Shown here: positions 25,031 through 32,000 of the stretch, one piece after another
How the letters are laid out: each line of letters starts with the position of its first letter
Position numbering within the stretch: position 1 is the stretch's first letter
Assembly: GCF_000021865.1 (NCBI RefSeq)
Contig: NC_014034.1
Span: 1,890,001-1,922,000, forward strand
Direction: 5' to 3'
From: Rhodobacter capsulatus SB 1003
GTDB lineage: Bacteria > Pseudomonadota > Alphaproteobacteria > Rhodobacterales > Rhodobacteraceae
Length of the DNA: 32,000 nt
Notes under the pieces: generated by a model
What the model saw: only the letters and a program-made list of their open reading frames with translations
What the model was told of the DNA's origin: nothing
Databases searched by the model: none
Made by a program: the position numbers and the translations under genes

Positions 25031-25097
25031 GGGCGAGTCGGATCCGCCCCCGGGGGACACTGGTCAAGGGCCTTTGGTCCGGTCTCGGGAGGACGGC

Positions 25098-26453
25098 ATG
25101 ACGAAACATCTTTTGCTGGGCGCAGCGGTGCTTGCGCTGGCGACCTCGGGTGCGCTGGCGCGCGAGATGAAGTTCGCTCCGGGGGAGGATGCCCGGTTTC
25201 ATTGGGACAGTTTCGACAGCTTCAAGGCGAGCCATGACCTGAAGGGGCAAAAGCTGGTGATCGACGGGCCCTGGGGCGGGGTGGACAAGGCCCTGTTCGA
25301 GACCGTGCTGGCGGCTTTCGAAACGGCGACGGGGGCCAGCGTCGACTATAACGGCGGCGACGGGTTCGAGCAGCGGATCATGGTCAATGTCGAGGCCGGA
25401 TCGCCGCCCGATGTCGCGGTGGTGCCGCAGCCCGGGCTGGCCGCCGATCTGGCGCGGCGGGGCAAGCTGGTGCCCTTGGGGGCCGAGGCGCAGGCTTGGC
25501 TGGCCGAGAATTATGCCGCCGGTCAATCTTGGGTCGATCTGGGCAGCTATGCCGGGCCTGATGGCACGAAGGCGCTTTATGGGCTCTTTTACAAGATCGA
25601 CCTGAAATCGCTGGTCTGGTACAGCCCGGAAAACTTCGAGGATGCGGGCTATGAGGTGCCGCAGACGATGGAGGAGCTGAAGGCGCTGACCGAAAAGATC
25701 GTGGCGGATGGCGGCACGCCCTGGTGCATCGGTCTCGGCTCTGGTCCCGCGACGGGCTGGCCCGCGACCGACTGGGTCGAAGACATGATGCTGCGCAACA
25801 ACACGCCCGAGGATTACGACGCCTGGACGACGAATGCGCTGCCCTTCACCGACCCCAAGGTGCTGGCGGCGATCGATGATTTCGGCTGGTTCGCGAAGAC
25901 GGATGCCTTTGTGGCCGGGGGTGCGGGTGCTGTGGGGGCGACCGATTTCCGCGACAGTCCGAAGGGGCTCTTCTCCTCGCCACCGCAATGCTACATGCAC
26001 CGGCAGGCCTCCTTCATCCCGAGTTTCTTCCCCGAAGGCACGCAGATCGGCGAGGATGTCGATTTCTTCTATTTCCCGGCCTATGCGGGCAAGGATCTGG
26101 GCAAGCCGGTGCTGGGGGCGGGCACGGTTTTCGTGATGACGCGGGAAAGCCCGGCGGCGAAGGCCTTTTTCGAATTCCTGCAAACGCCGATCGCGCATGA
26201 GATCTGGATGGCGCAGACGGGCTTTCTGACGCCGCTGAAAACGGTCAACCCAGAAGTTTACGGCGATGCGACGCTGAAGAAGATGGGGCAGATCCTGCTG
26301 AATGCCTCGACCTTCCGCTTTGACGGCTCGGATCTGATGCCGGGCGCAGTGGGCGCGGGCACGTTCTGGACCGGCATGGTCGATTATGTCGGCGGCAAGG
26401 ACAGCGCCAGTGTCGCGGCCGAGATCCAGAAATCCTGGGACGCGATCAAATAA
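25098..26453 (+). CDS. aglE: ABC transporter sugar-binding protein (alpha-glucoside type)
   Basis: Signal peptide MTKHLLLGAAVLALATSGALA and family-1 SBP similarity. SD GGGAGGA. The symbol is assigned by synteny with S. meliloti aglEFGAK, recalled from memory. Confidence 0.85.
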   Translation: MTKHLLLGAAVLALATSGALAREMKFAPGEDARFHWDSFDSFKASHDLKGQKLVIDGPWGGVDKALFETVLAAFETATGASVDYNGGDGFEQRIMVNVEAGSPPDVAVVPQPGLAADLARRGKLVPLGAEAQAWLAENYAAGQSWVDLGSYAGPDGTKALYGLFYKIDLKSLVWYSPENFEDAGYEVPQTMEELKALTEKIVADGGTPWCIGLGSGPATGWPATDWVEDMMLRNNTPEDYDAWTTNALPFTDPKVLAAIDDFGWFAKTDAFVAGGAGAVGATDFRDSPKGLFSSPPQCYMHRQASFIPSFFPEGTQIGEDVDFFYFPAYAGKDLGKPVLGAGTVFVMTRESPAAKAFFEFLQTPIAHEIWMAQTGFLTPLKTVNPEVYGDATLKKMGQILLNASTFRFDGSDLMPGAVGAGTFWTGMVDYVGGKDSASVAAEIQKSWDAIK

Positions 26454-26509
26454 GCGCAACCGGCGGGGCATGCCGGGGGCGTGCCTCGAACGCTTCGGGG
26501 AGGGGGCGG

Positions 26510-27520
26510 ATGGATCAGACCTTGATCGCGCAGGCGGTGTCGGCGCTCTCGACCATCGTCATCGGCGTCTTCGGCTGCGTCGCCTGGTTCTGGCTGTCGA
26601 ACCTGGCGCTGGATGCCGTGCTGCCGTCGCGCGGGCCGAAGATCGGCCGCAATCTGGCGCTGGCGGCGATGATCCGGCCCTGGCTGTTTCTGGGACCGGC
26701 GGTGGTCGCGCTTGGCGTCTATCTGGTCTATCCGATCTTCGTCTCGCTCTGGCTCTCCTTCCATGACAGCCGCGGCGAGACCTTTGTGGGGTTGGCCAAC
26801 TACCGCTGGCTGATGGCCGATGGCAAATTCCATGAATCCTTGCGCAACAATGCCTTGTGGCTCGTTGTTGTGCCGACGCTGGCGACGCTTTTCGGGTTGG
26901 TCGCGGCGGCTTTGACCGATCGTCTGCGCTGGGGAAATGTCGCGAAATCGTTCATCTTCATGCCGATGGCGGTGTCCTTTGTCGGGGCCGCGGTGGTGTG
27001 GAAATTCGTCTATGACTACCGCGGCGAGGGGCAGGCGGAGATCGGTCTTCTGTCCGCGCTGGTCACCGCCCTGGGTGGCACCGCGCGGGCCTGGCTGACG
27101 GTGCCGGGCTGGAATTCGTTCCTGTTGATGGTGGTGCTGATCTGGATCCAGACCGGCTTTGCGATGGTGATCCTCTCGGCGGCGCTGCGCGGCATTCCCG
27201 AGGAAACCCTCGAGGCGGCGACGATCGACGGGGCGACGCCGTTGCAGATCTTTTTCCGCATCAAGGTGCCGCAGATCTGGGGCACGATTGCCGTCGTCTG
27301 GACGACGATCACCATCACCGTGCTCAAGGTCTTCGACATCGTGCTGACGATGACGAACGGGCAATGGGGCACGCAGGTGATGGCCAATCTGATGTTCGAC
27401 TGGATGTTCCGGGCGAATGATGCCGGGCGGGCCTCGACCGTGGCGCTGGTGATCATGGCTCTGGTGACGCCGATCATGGTCTGGAACATCCGCGCGGCGA
27501 ACCGGGAGATGCAGGGATGA
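26510..27520 (+). CDS. aglF: ABC transporter permease (MalF-like)
   Basis: Multi-TM protein with the EAA loop LEAATIDGATPLQIFFRIKVP. Confidence 0.85.
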   Translation: MDQTLIAQAVSALSTIVIGVFGCVAWFWLSNLALDAVLPSRGPKIGRNLALAAMIRPWLFLGPAVVALGVYLVYPIFVSLWLSFHDSRGETFVGLANYRWLMADGKFHESLRNNALWLVVVPTLATLFGLVAAALTDRLRWGNVAKSFIFMPMAVSFVGAAVVWKFVYDYRGEGQAEIGLLSALVTALGGTARAWLTVPGWNSFLLMVVLIWIQTGFAMVILSAALRGIPEETLEAATIDGATPLQIFFRIKVPQIWGTIAVVWTTITITVLKVFDIVLTMTNGQWGTQVMANLMFDWMFRANDAGRASTVALVIMALVTPIMVWNIRAANREMQG

Positions 27521-28665
27521 AGGCAGGGGGCGCCAATGGCGTGGCCGGGCGGTCTTCGGCGCTGGTCTGGGCGGTCAATCTGGCGGCGGCGGCGCTGGTG
27601 CTGCTCTGGACGATCCCGACTTTGGGCTTGCTGGTGTCGTCCTTTCGCGACCGCGATCAGATCGTGACCTCGGGCTGGTGGCGGGCGGCGTTTTCGGCCA
27701 CGGAAAGCAGGTTCGTGCGCGCCGGAACCGCTTCGGATCAAATACAGGAGGGCGATCTTTTCGTCATATCCGGCAATGTCTTGCCGCCCGAAGCTGAGCT
27801 ACAATCCTGGGGGGTGACCTCAAAGGCGCCAGGCGCCTATCAGCCCGGAGAGACGGCCGATCTGAAGGACGGGCAAAGGCTGACGGTTGCGGAAAATGGC
27901 GATTATCGGTTGACCTCTCCGACGGCCTTCGCCGAAGGACGGGGCATGCGGATCTTCGTCACCACGCTCGCCCCGCCGCGTCTGACCACCGAGAATTATG
28001 CCCGTGTGATCACAGCCGAGGGGATCGGACGGGCGTTCTTGAACACGATGACGGTGACGATCCCGGCGACCATCATTCCGATCCTGATTGCCGCCTTTGC
28101 CGCCTATGCCTTGGCCTGGATGCGGTTTCCGGGCCGCGCGGCTCTGGTGGCGGTGATCGTCGGCCTGCTGGTCGTGCCCTTGCAGCTGGCGCTGATCCCG
28201 CTTTTGAAGCTGCACAATCAGATCGGCCTCAATCAAAGCTACCTCGGCATCTGGCTGGCCCATACCGGCTTCGGCCTGCCGCTGGCGATCTATCTTTTGC
28301 GCAACTACATGGTCGGCCTGCCGCGCGAGATCATCGAGTCGGCCCGCGTCGATGGCGCGACGGAATTCCAGATCTTCCGCCGCATCGTGCTGCCCTTGTC
28401 CTTCCCGGCGCTGGCCTCCTTTGCGATTTTCCAATTCCTCTGGGTCTGGAACGACCTCCTCGTAGCCACTGTTTTCCTTGGGAATTCCACCGATACCCAG
28501 GTGATGACCGGGGCTTTGCGCGCGCTTTTGGGCTCGCGCGGGGGGGATTGGGAAATCCTGGCGGCCTCGGCTTTCGTCTCGATCGCGGTGCCGCTTTTCG
28601 TCTTCTTTGCGTTGCAGAAATACCTGGTGCGCGGTCTTCTGGCCGGCTCGGTGAAAGGTGGCTGA
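27517..28665 (+). CDS. aglG: ABC transporter permease (MalG-like with a long first periplasmic loop)
   Basis: EAA loop ESARVDGATEFQIFRRIVLP. ATGA overlap with aglF. There is a loop of about 120 aa between TM1 and TM2. Confidence 0.85.
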   Translation: MKAGGANGVAGRSSALVWAVNLAAAALVLLWTIPTLGLLVSSFRDRDQIVTSGWWRAAFSATESRFVRAGTASDQIQEGDLFVISGNVLPPEAELQSWGVTSKAPGAYQPGETADLKDGQRLTVAENGDYRLTSPTAFAEGRGMRIFVTTLAPPRLTTENYARVITAEGIGRAFLNTMTVTIPATIIPILIAAFAAYALAWMRFPGRAALVAVIVGLLVVPLQLALIPLLKLHNQIGLNQSYLGIWLAHTGFGLPLAIYLLRNYMVGLPREIIESARVDGATEFQIFRRIVLPLSFPALASFAIFQFLWVWNDLLVATVFLGNSTDTQVMTGALRALLGSRGGDWEILAASAFVSIAVPLFVFFALQKYLVRGLLAGSVKGG

Positions 28666-30291
28666 ATGACCTTCCTTGAGAAATCCCCCGACTGGTGGCG
28701 CGGTGCGGTGATCTATCAGATCTACCCGCGCAGCTTTCAGGACACGAATGGCGACGGGGTCGGCGATCTGCCCGGGATCACCCGGCGGCTGGATCACGTG
28801 GCCGGGTTGGGCGTCGATGCGATCTGGATTTCGCCCTTCTTCACCTCGCCGATGAAGGATTTCGGCTATGACGTCAGCGATTATTGCGATGTCGATCCGC
28901 TTTTCGGCACGCTCGCCGATTTCGACGCGCTGATCGCGCGGGCGCATGAGCTCGGGCTGAAAGTGCTGATCGACCTTGTTCTGTCGCACACCTCCGACCA
29001 GCATCCCTGGTTTCAGGAAAGCCGCCAAAGCCGGGGGAACCCGAAAGCCGACTGGTATGTCTGGGCCGAGCCGAAACCCGATGGTACGGCGCCGAACAAC
29101 TGGCTGTCGATCTTTGGCGGTCCGGCCTGGGCCTGGGATGCCCGGCGCGAACAATATTATCTGCACAATTTCCTGACCGCGCAGCCCGATCTGAACTTCC
29201 ATTGCCCCGCCGTTCAGGAGGCGCTTCTGGGCGTGGCGAAGTTCTGGCTTGATCGCGGGGTGGATGGCTTCCGGCTCGATACGATCAACTTCTACATGCA
29301 TGATGCCGAGCTGCGCGACAACCCGCCACTGCCGGTCGAAGAGCGCAACGATCAGACCGCGCCCAAGGTCAACCCTTACAATCACCAGCGCCATCTTTAC
29401 GACAAGAACCACCCGCAGAACATTGTTTTTCTGCGAAAATTGCGCAAGCTGATGGATGGATACAAGGCCGCCGCCGTGGGCGAGATCGGCGACAGCCAGC
29501 GCGGCCTCGAGATCCTGGGCGAATACACTTCTGGCCCCGACGCGATGCAGATGTCCTACGCGTTCGAACTCCTGTCGGGCCATGCGGCCTTGAGTGCCGG
29601 GTATATCGCCGAGGTCTTCCGCAAGCTCGAGACCGTCGCCCCCGAGGGCTGGGCCTGCTGGGCCTATTCCAACCACGATGTCATGCGTCACATCAGTCGC
29701 TGGGGCCTCTCCGAAGCCGCGGCGCGCTGCTACACGACGCTGCTGATGTGCCTCAAGGGCTCGGTCTGCCTCTATCAGGGCGAGGAACTGGGCCTGCCCG
29801 AGGCCGAGATCGCCTATGAGGATCTGCAGGACCCCTATGGCAAGGAATTCTGGCCCGAGTTCAAGGGCCGTGACGGCTGCCGCACGCCGATGGTCTGGCA
29901 GGGCAACGATCCGCAGGGCGGATTTTCGACGGTGAAGCCCTGGTTGCCGGTTCCCGCCGCCCATTGCGCCCTTGCGCCCGATGTTGTCGCAGGCGATCCC
30001 GGCGCGCTGATCCATCATTATCGTCAGGCTATCGCGCTGCGCCATGCCCATCCGGCCTTGGCAAAGGGGACGATGACCGGGATCTCGGCCGAGGCGGGCG
30101 TGCTGCGGTTTCTGCGTTCGGAGGGCGAAACCGAGCTGCTTTGCCTGTTCAACCTGACCGATAATCCGGCAACTGTCAGCTGCCCGGGGAAATGGGAGGC
30201 GCTGGAGGGCGCCTTGCCGACCGGGGGCACCGTGGCGCTGCATCCCTGGGGGCACGCGGTCCTGCGCCGCTGCGGAGGGCATCATGGCTGA
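28666..30291 (+). CDS. aglA: GH13 alpha-glucosidase (oligo-1,6-glucosidase/sucrose-isomaltase type)
   Basis: WWRGAVIYQIYPRSFQDTNGDGVGD, GVDAIWISPFF, GFRLDTINF, GEIGD and YSNHD. Confidence 0.9.
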   Translation: MTFLEKSPDWWRGAVIYQIYPRSFQDTNGDGVGDLPGITRRLDHVAGLGVDAIWISPFFTSPMKDFGYDVSDYCDVDPLFGTLADFDALIARAHELGLKVLIDLVLSHTSDQHPWFQESRQSRGNPKADWYVWAEPKPDGTAPNNWLSIFGGPAWAWDARREQYYLHNFLTAQPDLNFHCPAVQEALLGVAKFWLDRGVDGFRLDTINFYMHDAELRDNPPLPVEERNDQTAPKVNPYNHQRHLYDKNHPQNIVFLRKLRKLMDGYKAAAVGEIGDSQRGLEILGEYTSGPDAMQMSYAFELLSGHAALSAGYIAEVFRKLETVAPEGWACWAYSNHDVMRHISRWGLSEAAARCYTTLLMCLKGSVCLYQGEELGLPEAEIAYEDLQDPYGKEFWPEFKGRDGCRTPMVWQGNDPQGGFSTVKPWLPVPAAHCALAPDVVAGDPGALIHHYRQAIALRHAHPALAKGTMTGISAEAGVLRFLRSEGETELLCLFNLTDNPATVSCPGKWEALEGALPTGGTVALHPWGHAVLRRCGGHHG

Positions 30292-31369
30292 TCTGAACCT
30301 GACCGGCGTCGGCAAATCCTATGGCGAGGTGGATGTTCTGAAAGACATCGACCTCGACATCAGGGCGGGCGAGCTGATCGTTTTCGTTGGCCCCTCGGGC
30401 TGCGGAAAATCGACGCTTTTGCGGATGATCGCGGGGCTGGAACGGATCACCTCGGGCGAATTGCGCATCGATGGGGTGCGGGTGAACGACATGCCCCCCG
30501 CGCAACGCGGCATCGCGATGGTGTTTCAAAGCTACGCGCTTTATCCGCACATGACGGTGCGGCAGAACATGGAATTCGCCCTGAAGATTGCGAAGAAGTC
30601 CCGGCAAGAGATTGACAAGGCTGTCGAAAATGCGGCCCGCATCTTGCAGCTGACGCCCTATCTCGACCGGCTGCCAAAGGCGCTCTCGGGCGGGCAGCGC
30701 CAGCGCGTCGCCATCGGTCGGGCGATCGTGCGCGACCCCAAGGTCTATCTCTTCGACGAGCCGCTCTCGAACCTTGATGCCGCGCTGCGGGTGGCGACGC
30801 GGATCGAAATTGCGCAGCTGAAAGAGGCGATGCCCGAGCGCACGATGATCTATGTCACCCATGATCAGGTCGAGGCGATGACGCTGGCCAGCCGCATTGT
30901 CGTGCTGGCGAACAAGGGGATTGCCCAGGTCGGCACGCCCTTGCAGCTTTATGAGCACCCCGAAACCGAATTCGTCGCGCAATTCATCGGCTCGCCGCAG
31001 ATGAACCTGCTTCCGGGTGTGATCACGGAACCCGGAACGCGGACTGTGATCACGCTGGATGGGGGCGGCACGGCGGAATCGACCGTGCCGACGACCGAAG
31101 CCGATCGCGGCCTGCGGGTGAATATCGGCGTGCGGCCCGAGGATCTGACTGTGATCACGCAGGGCGGCCTGTTCACCGGCACGGTCGAGATCGTCGAGGC
31201 GCTTGGCGAGGTGACGCTGCTTTATTTCGCGGCGCAGCCGGGGGCGGCGCATGTGATCGCGAAACTGCCCGGCATTCATGCCGGTCTGCGCCATCAGACG
31301 GTCCGCCTGACCGCGGCACCGGAAAAGGTGCATCTGTTCCACGCCGGTCGGTCGCTTCTTTATCGCTGA
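30284..31369 (+). CDS. aglK: ABC transporter ATP-binding protein (MalK/UgpC type)
   Basis: Walker A GPSGCGKST, signature LSGGQRQR, Walker B LFDEPLS and a C-terminal TOBE-like domain. It overlaps the aglA 3' end by 8 nt. Confidence 0.9.
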   Translation: MADLNLTGVGKSYGEVDVLKDIDLDIRAGELIVFVGPSGCGKSTLLRMIAGLERITSGELRIDGVRVNDMPPAQRGIAMVFQSYALYPHMTVRQNMEFALKIAKKSRQEIDKAVENAARILQLTPYLDRLPKALSGGQRQRVAIGRAIVRDPKVYLFDEPLSNLDAALRVATRIEIAQLKEAMPERTMIYVTHDQVEAMTLASRIVVLANKGIAQVGTPLQLYEHPETEFVAQFIGSPQMNLLPGVITEPGTRTVITLDGGGTAESTVPTTEADRGLRVNIGVRPEDLTVITQGGLFTGTVEIVEALGEVTLLYFAAQPGAAHVIAKLPGIHAGLRHQTVRLTAAPEKVHLFHAGRSLLYR

Positions 31370-31439
31370 TGTCGCAAACCGCGCATGGCGGCGGAGCGTC
31401 GTCGGGTAAAACGGGGTCAGACCCAAGCGGAGGTGCGCG

Positions 31440-32000
31440 ATGAGCGAAGAGATCGAACAGGCGGCAGGCGGGCGGCGGGCGCGTGGCGGCGGCGGGGCGG
31501 CCCGGCGGGCCGAGCGCACCGCGGTGCGGGTCGAATTCGCGAAATATATCGAGCGCAACATTCCGAACCTCGAGATCCTGAACGAGGAAGCGCTGCAGCT
31601 GATCGAAGCCAATGCCGAGACGGTGCTGGAACAGATCGGCGTGAATTTCGTCGAAAACCCGGCGGCGCTGGAACGCTGGCGTGCGGTGGGGGCCGATGTG
31701 CAGGGCGAGCGGGTCCGCTTCCCCAGGGGCCTTGCGCGCGAGCTGTGCAAGACCGCGCCCGCAAGCTTCGTGCAGCATGCCCGCAACCCTGATCGCAATG
31801 TCACCATCGGCGGGAAAAACCTTGTTCTTGCGCCGGTTTACGGGCCGCCCTTCGTGCGCGATCTGGAAGGCGGGCGGCGCTATGCGACGATTGCCGACTT
31901 CCGCAATTTCGTGAAGCTGGGGCAGATGTCGAAATATCTGCACCATTCGGGCGGCACCGTCTGCGAGCCGACCGACGTGGCGGTGAACAAGCGTCACCTC
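31440..32000 (+). CDS. MttB-superfamily (trimethylamine methyltransferase family, non-Pyl type) protein; 3' end lies outside the window
   Basis: My own translation of frame 3, which is absent from the ORF track: MSEEIEQAAGGRRARGGGGAARRAER...VLAPVYGPPFVRDLEGGRRYATIADFRNFVKLGQMSKYLHHSGGTVCEPTDVAVNKRHL. SD GGAGG is upstream. The frame is open to the window end. Confidence 0.8.
   Translation, partial: MSEEIEQAAGGRRARGGGGAARRAERTAVRVEFAKYIERNIPNLEILNEEALQLIEANAETVLEQIGVNFVENPAALERWRAVGADVQGERVRFPRGLARELCKTAPASFVQHARNPDRNVTIGGKNLVLAPVYGPPFVRDLEGGRRYATIADFRNFVKLGQMSKYLHHSGGTVCEPTDVAVNKRHL

Noticed and set aside
24954-25097. In-frame 48-codon N-terminal extension of the sugar-binding protein. Similar upstream extensions exist for recA (2460), alaS (3607), the amidotransferase (6669), cysS (7501), mcp (11461), cheY (17250) and glk (22602).
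   Set aside because: The downstream ATGs are preceded by SD sequences and give canonical N-termini: a signal peptide for the SBP, Cys2 for the Ntn amidotransferase, and conserved family N-termini for the others. The extensions cover promoter and operator DNA.
27720-27830. Locally AT-richer patch with rarer codons inside aglG, which might indicate an insertion or mobile remnant
   Set aside because: It lies in-frame within the long first periplasmic loop that AglG-type permeases have, as I recall. There are no flanking repeats and no frame disruption, so it is most simply a less constrained loop.
31385-31792. 135-aa plus-strand ORF and the overlapping 31681..31914 ORF
   Set aside because: Both are alternative frames of the MttB-family gene. 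They are Arg/Gly-rich with no motifs, whereas frame 3 carries conserved MttB blocks.
1-32000. Searched by eye for tRNA/rRNA genes, CRISPR arrays, IS elements, integrases, phage or GTA structural genes, toxin-antitoxin pairs and defence-system genes
   Set aside because: Intergenic spaces are all 272 bp or less and are accounted for by promoters and terminators. I saw no spaced direct-repeat arrays, no terminal inverted repeats flanking genes, and no ORFs with nuclease, integrase or transposase motifs. A computational scan (tRNAscan, Infernal/Rfam, ISfinder, DefenseFinder) would be needed to exclude small ncRNAs.

Overview
GC-rich (about two-thirds G+C by eye, not computed) alphaproteobacterial chromosomal segment. 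Gene content is Rhodobacteraceae-type and Rhodobacter capsulatus-like; that organism guess rests on my memory of protein sequences, not on a search. The window is tightly packed with about 30 genes, many with overlapping stop/start codons. (1) 1-11.4 kb is housekeeping: a 5'-truncated CckA-type hybrid histidine kinase, a small sulfotransferase-like gene, recA with SOS boxes, alaS, a DUF1330 gene, a class-II glutamine amidotransferase, and a coupled cysS / citramalate-synthase / degenerate squalene-phytoene-synthase-like trio. (2) 11.5-21.3 kb is a complete Sinorhizobium-type chemotaxis cluster split into two convergent units. The + strand carries mcp-cheB-cheD. The - strand carries a STAS (CheS-like) gene, cheY, cheA, cheW, cheR, cheY and a 129-aa unknown. 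(3) 21.5-31.4 kb is a glucoside locus: a LacI regulator, GH1 beta-glucosidase and glucokinase on the - strand, divergent from an aglEFGAK-like alpha-glucoside ABC transporter with a GH13 alpha-glucosidase. (4) 31.44 kb to the end is the 5' part of an MttB-family methyltransferase that the ORF track omits because it runs off the window. I see no tRNA/rRNA, CRISPR, IS/integrase/phage genes or recognisable defence genes, and no convincing wholly novel system. The best leads are accessory parts of the che cluster: the 129-aa DxxxQ protein, the non-phosphorylatable STAS protein and the receptor C-terminal tether. Other leads are CtrA-like boxes in a window that also encodes CckA, a twin-operator arrangement in the agl divergent promoter, and a catalytically degenerate SQS/PSY-fold protein. 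The many long antisense ORFs in the track look like GC-content artefacts.
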